The notes under the pieces: generated by a model
What the model saw: only the letters and a program-made list of their open reading frames with translations
The model's database searches: none
What the model was told of the DNA's origin: nothing
In this document: positions 50,386-61,719 of the stretch, one piece after another
Layout of the letters: every line of letters starts with the position of its first letter
Numbering within the stretch: position 1 is the first letter of the stretch
From: Takakia lepidozioides
Lineage: Eukaryota > Plantae > Bryophyta
DNA length: 64,000 bases
NCBI GenBank assembly: GCA_030704615.1
Contig: CM060732.1
Location: forward strand, 39,184,001-39,248,000
Direction of reading: 5' to 3'
Program-made: the position numbers and the translations under genes

Positions 50386-51640
50386 CCCCAAGACTGGTGT
50401 GCAAGAAAAGGCAAGGTTTTCCTTTGCCGCCATAGCCAGGGTTTTGAAACCTTACTGCCTCTTGCACAGTAGCTCTATCTTTTTCTTTTTCTGTCCCCAT
50501 CTTTTGTTTTGGACCGCTGAGATGAGATCGTTTTGTGCTTTCCATGTCTTGTATTTTTCCATGTTTGCTTTCCAAATTTTGCTCTGATGGTGGCGAAGAG
50601 GACGTGTGTGCCATAGAAGAGTATGGATGACGAGGAACTTAACTCTGGAAGATCAGAGAAGAACTCCAGGCTACATTTGAATTTGAAGGAGAAAGAAAGA
50701 GCAGATCCAACTCTCTTGTTAACACAGTTGGTGTCTCCAATGCCAGCTTTGGGTGCTCCACAGCTACACAACACAAATGGTACTGTGGGCTCATCAAAGT
50801 TCAGCTCGCTCATCAGCATAACCCATATTGTCAGATACATACCATACCCTGTTGGCATTTCCAGGTGGGCCAAAAATGGAAAATTACATCCAATTGCTAT
50901 CAGGTTCAATGGAAGTTTCATTTGAATAGACCATTGTATCTAATAAATAGCCATATCTTCCTCATCGTCAATGTTGGAGTCCGAGTCACATTCGGCAGCT
51001 GCATCTCTGTCTTTTCCATCTGCGCCGCTAGAGTGTTCTTACTGATGATGGGCACTCTACTGGCTCCAAAGAGTGCTGAGGGTAGTGCAACACTCCCTTG
51101 ACAAAATCACCTATCTTCAGTGATGTTCCATCCTAGTGCAAGTTTTCTGAGAAACTCGGGCAAAGTACAACCTGCTTGCAATGTGCAGGCTGGGGAAATG
51201 GAAGCAGAAAGAAGTAGGAACAGAAGGACACACCTGTGATACCCATAGCAAAGGCAGAAAGAACTGGAGAGAGAGTAAATTACAAAGCGAGTAGGGTCTA
51301 CTTTCTCCAGGCAGCAACCATACTTGCTCTATCCTTTAACTTTGCTGCAAGGCTACAGTTGGCTTGACATAACATGGATAATATGAAATGGCTTCTAGTC
51401 GAGTGCCACAAAGGTGTAAAGTACAAATCCTTCACCCATCCAGGACCCATCCATAACTTTAACTACGCACAGTCCCACTCAGCACTTGGGACATATTGCA
51501 TCATTAGGCAAACAGACAAAGTGCATGGCTGTTGGAATTCCTAGGCTACTCCCTATCTGTATACCATAGACAGCTTTTACTGCATACAGGATCAAGGAGA
51601 GCATGGAAGTTAGATCATCGCGTTTACAAACTTAAATAAT

Positions 51641-52011
51641 ATGAAGGATACATCGAAGGGGTATAAAACAATTCATTCCAGTTCTACATTGTAACAAAGA
51701 AGTAAAGAATATTCGACAGTCAGTTTGAGGAAGATTAAAAGAATGTGAACAGCAGATAATTTTAGAAGACTTTCAGCCAAAAACTTGGCCACAATTACCA
51801 GAGAAGTGGAAGCTGGATTTATAGCACCGACCCAAATAACATCAAGGATACATCATCTGAGGAGTACAAAACAATAATTACCAGTGTTCCATTGTAACGA
51901 AAGAATAAAATAATATTTGACAGTCAGTTTGAGACAGATCAAAAGAATGTGAACAGCAGAGAGTCTTGGAAGACCTTCAGCCAAAAACTTCGTCCCACTT
52001 CCCAGAGAAGT
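51641..52011. repeat. Diverged two-copy direct repeat (about 170 bp, 200-bp period) downstream of the PEPCK stop
   Basis: AAGGATACATC..CATTGTAAC..GACAGTCAGTTTGAG..AAAAGAATGTGAACAGCAGA..TTCAGCCAAAAACTT..CCAGAGAAGT at 51641 and 51841. Confidence 0.9.
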
Positions 52012-52212
52012 TTACCTACAGTATTACACCCTTCAAAAATCCTACCCCACAGAAGTTTCATCGTCGTCGTTTTATAGCAAATCTACTACAATTTAACATC
52101 CAATCTATCTAGATCATTTTCAGAGTGAGACGCAAAGCTTCACCTTGTATACTGGTCATATGCTACTAGTAGAACTTGACCTTTCAGCCATCCCAATGCG
52201 GTTAAACGATAT

Positions 52213-55200
52213 TTACACTTCCTTTGGCAGCTGGGGTCCAGCTGCAAGGATTTCCTGGGTGAGGTTACTGTCATTTCCAACCTTGTAATCTGCATAAGTC
52301 TCAAAGTTTTTCTGAAAAAGCCCAGCAAGCTTCTTGAGGGTAGCATCATATGCCTTTTTGTCTGACCACTGCACCCACAACCATTTACTTCAAGCCATCA
52401 TGTAACCGCAGCTTAAAGTAACAGCACTGCTAATACCTCGATGATACTCTTCAAGCAAAGATACAAAACTCCTTTGAAAGGCATGCAAAGATGCAACAGA
52501 ATATACAATTGACAATACTTTTGTGTTGAGATTCTAACCACATACCATATTTTCAGGATGAAGCACTTCAGAGGGAACTCCATTGACACGTGTTGGGACA
52601 TGCAGGTTGAAGATGGGAGTGGCCTCATACTGACTTTCCAGTAGAGACCCATCGTGAATTGCATCAATGATCTTGCGAGTATAAGCAAGCTTCATCCTTT
52701 TCCCAACACCATAGCTGCAATTTAAGAATAAACCGTTTAGTCTCTATTATTGTGCCATGAGTTCAAAATATGTGAAAGAATGCTTACAAAAGGTCGTAGC
52801 TAGACTCTGGTTCATGCTGGAAGATTGAAGTGTTATGTACATCATAGGGGAAAAAAAATTCATGTTCGTGGCTGGCACAGTAGAGATTGTACACCCAGTC
52901 ACGTACCTGCCACCAGACCAACCAGTGTTGACAAGCCATGCAGTGGCGCCATGCTTCTTCATTTTCTCAGCCAACATGGCTGCATATTTGGTTGGGTGCA
53001 ACATAATGAAAGCTGCTCCAAAGCATGCTGAAAACGTGGCTGATGCTTCCTTGACACCATCTACAGTTCCCGCCATCTGCCAAAATCCTTACAAATATGA
53101 GAACTTAAGGATCAGTCTATACAAGCAGGAGCAAGCAGCATAGCCAGAAGAACAAGTCTTTCCAACCAGCTTCCTTCATCTCCAAGACACAGCAAAGAAA
53201 GCATCAGTACCAAAATGGAGGTGTTATAGATAGACTAACCAGGGCAGTGTAGCCACTGATGAAGTGATACATGGTCTGTGCCAGAGTCAGTTTGCTCACT
53301 GGAGGTAACACACCAAAGGCATCGCAGGCAAGCAGGATAACATTCTTTGGGTGTGGCCCAACACACGGAATTTTGGCATTCGGTATGAAATCAATGGGAT
53401 ATGCCGCCCGTGTATTTTCTGTTCATACAATGCAGATAGGAACAGAAAAAAAAAATGGCTTTTAGATTACATGCCGGAGTTATTCAACCTTTAAGGATTC
53501 CAAAACATAGATCTAAACTTCACAAGCATCCTCATAACCCTCGAAATATCAGATCCAACTGAAAAGCAAAAAGCATGCAAACAGGCTATTCTTGGGACAA
53601 TACCTGTGACAGATTTGTCGAGGTAATCCACCTCCCTTGTAAGTTCATCAAAAACAACATTCTCCACCACTGCACAAGAAAGTAACAGGGTCAGCAAAAA
53701 ATAAAGGAGCCTCTTGTACTTGAGAAGGCAACTACTCAAAGACAGCTAGCTGTAAAAATTGGTTTCTATCCATTTTGGTGTGTACCCATTTCATCAAAAC
53801 TTCGAAGTGAACTGCCAGCAAAAGTTGAACCTTAGGAGGTGCAAATGTTAAGAGTAACTAATCAAGTGTGTCAACCATATGTCAAAACTCTACATCCAGC
53901 TGCACCAACAAAGGCACCTACCTGTACCGAACTTAATTGCATTCCAAATCTCAGGCTCTCGGTCTTTGGTGAGGTCAATGCACTTGGCATAGCAACCCCC
54001 CTCAATGTTGGAGACACCATTATTTGTCCAGCAATGCTCATCATCACCAATCAGGTACCGGTTCTCATCTGTGGAAAGAGTCGTCTTACCAGTCCCTGCC
54101 ACACCACACGCAAGCAAAGCCACACCAGGCATAAGTGAGACAAAATCCTCACTCTCAAGTTTTAATAGGGACTATTTTAGCCATTAAAGCACTGAAGCTT
54201 CTCGTTCGTTTACCAACGATACCTGATAATCCAAAAAACAATGCCACATCCCCTGCCTTCCCCATGTTGCAGCCTGAATGCAATGAAAGGATTCCTTTCT
54301 TTGGCATCAGATAGTGCATGACGCTGAAAAGACCCTTCTTCATCTCTCCAGCATACTGCGTCCCGAGAATCACCATCTCTTTGCGTTTCAGATTCAGATC
54401 TATGCTAGTTGAGGATGTCATGTAGTGAGTGTATCGATTGCAGGGGAATTGACCGGCATTGTAAATTGTGAAGTCCGGAGTCCCAAAGTCCTCCAGCTCT
54501 TCAGGTGTAGGGCGGATACACCTGCCAACCATATCCTTAAGGACACCGACCATGCCAACACAGATGCACACAAGACGACATGTACTCCCTCTTTTTTTGA
54601 GGCTATCTTGAGCGAAGAGCCTCCATGACTGGGCCACGAAGGTGAGAACCTTTCATGCCTTCATCCGCAAGGCTCTACCTCTTGGGAAGTGCCAATGACA
54701 CTCTTTCGTAAACAGCGCACATGAACGTGACCAGATCAAGTAGAAATACTGAGTTCAGCGTTTAGCGGTTCATACCGGACATTGCCTGAAGCAGATGATT
54801 AAGGGTAGGGGGGTTCAGATTTACAATTCACTCACATGTTGTGCATAAACAGCGAATGATATGCGCGTGCGGATATGATCCGAACTTTTAGGCGATGCTC
54901 TGGATCCCAGTTCAAAAACTGATCATTCACGAACACCTGCACACGTGCATTTACCATGACCAGTTGACAGGCCAACTGAGTGGACAGATACTGCATAATG
55001 ATCGTATGCTTGCAACTGAAAGGCACCTGTGACCTTTCCCAAAGAAAAAAACCCATTCTACTGTTTCCGAAGATCAGGACTAACATTAAATCCAAGAAGG
55101 AGTAATTATCACGTTAACACTTCGTCCCCAAACCTCTGCACATGAAAAATGGAACGAGAAACATTGCCACAACACGCTGTATTCCTTACCTTCTCCAGAG

Positions 55201-56424
55201 AGTTCAGGTAGTCCACTGCTCTTTCCCGATTCACCAGGAATGTCTCCTCATCCATCTCAATATTAGGCGATCCTCTGGCAACACCAAAACAGATACAGAC
55301 CTTTGAAAAAATACATTCAAGTATCAACCAGAATGTTTTACATTTGAGATCAACTTCTGCAACTCTTTGCAGCTGCAGAGAACATGTCGGTGGTTTAGAA
55401 CTGCTATAGCGACTCAGATTGTAAATGAATCGTGTTGATCTTGCACTCACTTTCCCCACCACAAATCATTCTTGGAAGTCTCTTCCTTGACCACACGTTT
55501 GTCTTTAGGAGATCGTCCAGTTTTAGCGCCAGAGAGGGTAGCAAGAGCCCCAGATGATGTAATATGTGACCCCTTCTCAAACTTGATAGCCTGCTCATAC
55601 AACTCTGCAGCAAAAAACATTGAATTGTCAAAACAGCCCATGACTCTCCCGAGTGTAGCTCTCTCTCCCATCGTTAAACATGATTCCTTTTCCTTTTCCT
55701 TTGCGGGTGGGGTCGTTGGCTGCTAAGAAGAACCGACACCAGCATATTTGAATTGCAAGCACTTCTATACCAGAATCTGAAACATGCAGTAGAAGAAAAA
55801 ACCAAGGGCCAGGTGTGCACCTCCAGGCCACAAATTGTAAAGAACATGCGTGAACTTGAGAGCGCTGTCACTCATGGTAAGCCTGGGAGCAACCAGCGAC
55901 TTCTGGGGAGTCGACTTCCTCGCAGGATCGCCCTTTATCACTTGAGGTCCAGCATCTCGAGTCAGGGATGCCAGCGACGAACTGCAATTCGGACACACAT
56001 GTACCACCGTCAGGCTGGATAGAAATCAATCACAAAACAATCATGCATGATCGTCCTCGTGCAACCAAAAATCCATAACAATACAGCAAAAAAACCACGA
56101 CCAATTTCACCTGATCGATTGCATCTGCTGCCTTTGCCTGTCCTCTTCGCTCATGTACGCCTTGGGCTTGGCATTTTTTGGCGTCGACGGTGCGGACCTC
56201 TTCTTCTGCAGAGCATGTAGCTCATCCACATTCTGCGCGGTGATCGGAGGCGTGGTGTCATCACTACACACCTCGCTCGACATCTCCTTCTTCGTGTTGA
56301 TTTTTGTCAACCCGTCTGGAACGAGGCTGGCAGCGCCATTTGAAGTTTGGAAGGAAAACATGTCAACCGCGCTCCCGTTGGCCCTTCCCTTCACACCCCC
56401 ATTCGACCTCCCGTTGAAACTCAT
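52213..56424 (-). CDS. PCK: Phosphoenolpyruvate carboxykinase (ATP), 12 coding exons
   Basis: N-terminal [10 protein letters not shown]; [13 protein letters not shown]; [11 protein letters not shown]; LHSGCN; P-loop FFGLS|GTGKTTLS; LIGDDEHCW; [10 protein letters not shown]; ENTRAAYPI; FSACFGAAF; WLVNTGW; ending [12 protein letters not shown]. No frameshift seen. An alternative start lies at 56361. Confidence 0.97.
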
Positions 56425-57929
56425 CCTGCGTCCGAGCACCACAACCCCACCAAATCGGCTTCAAGAAAAAAAGCGCCAACCAAAACCAGCCCAGCAGCGC
56501 GGAGAGAAGACGACGACCAAGACGAAGAAGGTGACGAAGAAGAAGAAGAAGATACACAGGCGGCCGAAGATGCAGAGAGCTCGGCCCTTTAATACTCCGT
56601 GGAATGTTACCACCGTTCCCTCCCAAGTCTAGCGAGGAGCTTTCCGTCCTTCTCTGCCTTCCGTCGCAGAGTTGGATGAACGGCGATGAATGCGAAGGAG
56701 CCGCTTGCGGTGCCTAAAGCCGCTTTACGAGCCTACCTTCATCACCACCGCGTCAGTGCTGCGCCGGATGAATGCCCGACGGATGTTGTGCCCAACGTGG
56801 ATGGATGAATAAAAGCCGCGAGGATCTGACGAGGTGGCATCCGTCCAATCATTAGGAACGCCGCTCTCTCCGTCGGGAGCGCGAATGGGAACAAGGGAAG
56901 AACAGACAGTGAAAAGTGCAAAAGCGAGAGTCAGGTCGCGGTGGAACCGTCGTGCAGGAATCAGATTCCCTGCGTAACCTGCGTGGAGAGGCGACAGTTT
57001 CACACCAGGTAAAAATGGGGCGGAATGGGAGGCATCAAAGTGGTCGCCGGCGATGCTTATCCCGTTATCGAAAATTCCGGTAACGCCTGCGGTGTACATT
57101 CATCCGCAGCGCTTGCGTTGACTATATCCTATTATAATTACATGAATAATTTACGTATCTTCTTGTCTTTCTTTTTGAAAAAGGACCTTGGAAAAAAACA
57201 AAAAAAGGAATCACATGGGAGCGGTGACAGCTCACAAATCAAGCCCCTCAATTATAGTGAGGGGAAAAAATTAACCTCTTTTCACAGTAACCTCGCCGTG
57301 AACGCTTTCGCATGGGACCCTTCTTCTTCCCCTTAATTTCTTTTGTAAAATTAGACACACTATTTTTTTTAAGGTCGACATCTGGCAAAAAAATTAGGTA
57401 TCACCACCCAGACTAGCTGATATTGAAATAGGCATTCCCTGGTATCCACCTGCCGGAAAGCAATAGTGCTCATTGGGGGGCAAGAGACACCATAATTTAC
57501 ACTTTTTTCGGGAGGCCTCATACTTTTCTTTGCTACAGTGTTAGTTGGGTATAAGTTACTAATAGCCACTGCATTATGTATTAGGGAAGGGTGTGGAGTG
57601 TACTCCCTCCCTATAGACCTCAAAATAACCTCCAATCTTGTCGCCGAACGTGTGAAAAATATCCATCTCACCATAATCCACTCTTTCCAAACAATAATCA
57701 CCAACAAATGCATACTAGAGCACCCTTAAAACATCTTGAACCCACCCACTTGTTCCCGTCATAGAGCCTATTCCCCAAGAGGAGGAGTAGCAAGAGCAGG
57801 TATAGAAGATGCGGTCCCAATATGGATGTGGCTTGATTTTATGGCAAGCGTGTGAGCTGACAGGTACGGCCCTCGAGGTACAGCCGGAACCTGCTCTCTC
57901 GCAGCCTCGTCGGCGAGCTGGACGCCCCA

Positions 57930-59120
57930 TGTCAAATCATCCCCACCCCCCTCCGACCCCTCCGCCCCGCGCCCCCCTCACCCCCCCATGCCCGCCCGCC
58001 CCCGCCCCACCGCTGGCCACGCGGCGCCCCACAGCACCGCCCGATCTCCAGCCACGTGGCGCCCCCCCCCCCCCCTTGGATCCCCTCACTGGGTTGATCC
58101 CCCTTTGAGTGCCGGAGTGATCCCCCACCCCCATCTCCAGCCACGTGGCGCTCCCCCAAACCCCATCCATCCAACCTCAATTAAATGGATGGCGGCCGGA
58201 TGAAGGCACCATGACGTGTCCATCGACACGTGGCGCTCCTGCCGCCGTCGATCCCCCCTCCCATCCACGGCGCGCTCCCACGAGACGTCGCCACTCCCCA
58301 ACGTGCCTTGATCCCCCCTCCGGACCGGGAGTGATCCCCCAACCCCTAATCGCCCGCCACGTGCGGCTCCCCCGAACCGTCGATCCCATGCGCATCCATC
58401 CAACCTCAAAACAATGGATGTTCTGGGTCATCCGCCCCTCATCCCCCTGCCATCCTCCCGCGCAGTGGATGGACGACGGCCGGATGAAGGCCCGATGGTA
58501 CGTCCACCACCACGTGGCACTCCTCCCGCCGTTGATCCCCTCATCCCATCGACGGCGCGATCCCCCGGGCCATCGCCCGTCCCCCCCCCCCCCCTCATTT
58601 GATCCCCCGTCCAACGCGGTCACTGATCCCCCTCCAGCCATCGGCCGCCACGTGGTGGTGCTCCCCTGAACCGCGGATCCCCTGCACATCCATCAACCTC
58701 AAAACTGGGTCATCCGCGGTCCCCCGGCATTCGATCCCGTCCTCCCATCCACGTGGCGATCCCGCGGGCCGCTCCCCCCCCCCCTCGGTTGATCCCCCTC
58801 TCGTCTTCTACTACCACCACATGGCAGTCTCCGTAGCCGTCGATCCCCTCGTCCCATCCAGGACCCGATCCCCCGAGCCGCTCCCCCCGCCTTTGGTTGA
58901 TCCCCCGCCGCCGCCATGCCACATGTCTTCCCACCCTCGACCCCCCCCCCCCCCCCCCCCCCCCCCTCGCGTCAACGCGGAACAGTGATCGTCCCCCCAT
59001 GGCGGTCCCCTCTCCGTTGATCCCCCACACCACCTGGCGTGATCCCCTATCCTTCCCCCGCCCCCCGCCCCGGTCGCGATCCCCCTTCCACGTGTCAAAT
59101 GTCAGGGCTGTTTGCACGTG
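57930..59120 (+). repeat. GC-rich low-complexity repeat region with recurrent GATCCC and CACGTG motifs, upstream of the MULE transposase
   Basis: More than 15 GATCCC motifs, 9 CACGTG, and long poly-C runs. Confidence 0.8.
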
Positions 59121-59465
59121 GTTATCATTCTGTTCATCTTTGTTGTATTTCCCCATCCAACAGCCATGCACGTACCCCGCCATTTTGGTCTGTGAGATGA
59201 AGGGAGTGGATGTATTGAAATTTAGGGTTTCCGCTGCTCGCAGATTTGATCCTCTTTGCGCGCATGTATGCTGCACTTACGCGTGTAGTTTGCTGCTATG
59301 TACTGTTTCTGCAGGACGCATGTGGTCTGCTGCTGTGTACTGTTCCTGCAGGGGTGCCAGGCATCGTGGCTGGATCTTCGGAGTTGCGCATGTCCTTCCT
59401 TCTATTACAGCTGCGTGGCACGTTGCAAATCCCCCGGATGGTTCCTTCAAACCACAGGTCGCTTA

Positions 59466-60575
59466 TATGGACTCCAACTATTTCAAGTAGAGGTGGACAT
59501 CGTGTAAATACGGATGTTGCAATCATTCCTTGGAGCAGGATCAACGATTTTGTGAGAGGGGAGGAAGAAAGGGCAGGGGCGCTCACTCACCCCAACAGAA
59601 CGGTGGTCCTAAAAAAGGACGCTGAGGAGGGCGAGCTCTTAGCTCCAAGGGCCAATAGTTGCTCTCTTGTGATAAAGTCCGCCTTACCTTTGTGGTTTCT
59701 GGATGGTCTCTATGTGTTCTTTGTAATGGCATGCTGCTTGTTTGCATTGTTTTCTCTTCTATTTTGTCAAAATGCTATGCTCTCTTGCTCCGAGTATTCC
59801 ACTCCGCCGACATAGTTCTCATCATTGTTCAGGTTCCATTGTTCTTATGGACCTGAGGACAAGCACACAAATTTAGTACCTGTCAATAAACATTCTTTGA
59901 AGAGAAGGAACGGTAGGAGAGGGTGTGTGGTTGATGCTTCATCGCCTTCTTATCAACCCAAAGGGCCGAGACGGATAAAGTCGTTCAGGGAGAGTCCATC
60001 AAGAGGGATTGCCTCTGTCAGTTTAGGATTGGACGATGCTACGTAGATCCTTCTCTTGTTGTCATAACATACTACAACAAAAACCATGTTGATGGATATG
60101 ACAAGGTCTGCCATGGCAACATTGACCCAACTTCAAGTAACACCCATTTCGCGCACGCACCTCACCTTAGTGAAGAAGTTAAGATGTGGATAACGGATAG
60201 CATACGTGCTGGGTTGTCGCCTGCCAAAATCATGGCCCAACATGAACAACAAGTATTTGAGAGCAAGGTCAATGGAGAGAAGTGGTGCCGTGATGATGTT
60301 GTGCTTGAGCATGACATTAGAAACATCATGGACAAGCTGGCATGTGAGACTTTCAAGCGACATAAGGACGAGGGGACCAGTCTAAAGATCTGTGTATTTT
60401 CTTCTATCAAGAGGACATGCCCGATGCCCCTGCCGGATGAACATGGCACGGCAATGTCGACCTCAAATTTGCCATTGGCATTCAAACAAAATTTCAGAAA
60501 AAAACAATGCTCCAAATGGGTGACAAACGAATCGTCTCTAGTGATGCGACCTTCGGAACAAATGAACACAAGGTG
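59466..60575 (+). mobile_element. MULE/SWIM-type transposase remnant (frameshifted), cut by the Gypsy insertion
   Basis: IPWSRINDFVRGEE, FHCSYGPED, KRDCLCQF, HVDG..VCHG, AHAPHLSEEVKMWI, RDDVVLEHDIRNI, FAIGIQTKFQ, and IVSSDATFGTNEHK (first catalytic Asp region). Confidence 0.85.
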
Positions 60576-60628
60576 TGTGGAATCGACGGCGTGGACTCCT
60601 GGGAGCATGAGAGCATAACATCTTTCAC

Positions 60629-61564
60629 TGTGAAGGGGATCAGTGGGGAGCAGGGGATCAGTGGAGAGCAGGGGCACAGGGGGAGCGTAGCCTAATCCGA
60701 TGTGTAGGGGATCACGACACTGGGTCATCACCAGTGACCTATAATTCCCCCTATCGGATTCGACACCACGGCTGCATCAGCCCATTAGGGGACTAGATAC
60801 ATGGGCCAAACTCCATTATGTATACTGCTCTATATATATTGTGTCGCGGCCCTTTGCCTTGAGGGCGGGGGGTCGGGACACATGAGGGGCTGCCCCTGTG
60901 GTGGGGGCAGCGGCAGCAATAGGTATGGGGGGGCTGAAGCACCCTTGAGTGTCCAAGGCACTCAAGGAGGCGGAGGCGCTCACTAGGTGGAGCCCTGCAC
61001 ACCGGGTTGCGGTGGGGGTGGCTCCACAAGGGGTGGTGGTAGCTTAGCGGGTCTTAGTGGGGGTGGCATAGAACTCACCATAAGGTGGAGACCTCGGGTG
61101 GGAGTCGTGGGGAGTCTTGGGACTCATCACGGCCCAATGGGGTCGTGGTGAGAGGGCCAAGACTCACCGCGACTCACCACCGGGAGTCGAGGGTCTTCGT
61201 GGTGGTTCGCCATAAAATGGCATGGCTGGTTGTGAAACCCCCGCGGACAGCTACAGAAGTATATATAGGGAGTAGTAACCCGAGAACGGTGCAAGCCCGT
61301 TGGTGACCAAAAACTAGTGAGTAAGCGTGCGAGCCGGAAAGCGACCAAAGAGTGGGGAGCTGTTCCGGACTGCCATCTACCAAAGGGAATTCCACTAGGC
61401 CCAAATAGGTGGAGGGTTCTTTCGGGAGAGCGAAGGGGGACCGTTATGTCCCGGTGAGCAGCCGAAGCTCCAAGTTGGCCCGGCGGCCGGTTGGGAGTCA
61501 GGGCGCGCATCAAAGCGAGTAACTATGACTTGAGGGGGAGCTTACCGAAGTGAGGTGCGCGACA
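60629..61564 (+). mobile_element. 5' LTR (936 bp) of a Ty3/Gypsy element
   Basis: TG...CA ends, internal TATATA at about 61260, and a PBS 2 nt downstream. Confidence 0.88.
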
Positions 61565-61566
61565 CT

Positions 61567-61578
61567 TGGTATCAGAGC
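61567..61578 (+). other. Primer binding site (tRNA-iMet)
   Basis: TGGTATCAGAGC immediately after the LTR. Confidence 0.92.
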
Positions 61579-61719
61579 TTAGAGTTCAGTACGCGACCGT
61601 CCTTGGGATTGGCCTCATCATGGGGTCGGGCAAGCCGAAGCGAAAGCGGAACGGCCCAAAGATGATGATCCCGGTGAGCCCGATGGGGGCGACGTGTCAC
61701 CGAGGCGGCCGTTTGAGGA

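Noticed and set aside
56153-56632. Antisense 159-aa ORF over PEPCK exon 1
   Set aside because: Shadow of the coding exon and of the (TTC)n-rich 5' UTR.
57809-59490. Pro-rich and Gly-rich ORFs on both strands
   Set aside because: Products of GC-rich low-complexity sequence that lacks stop codons; no motifs or splice structure.
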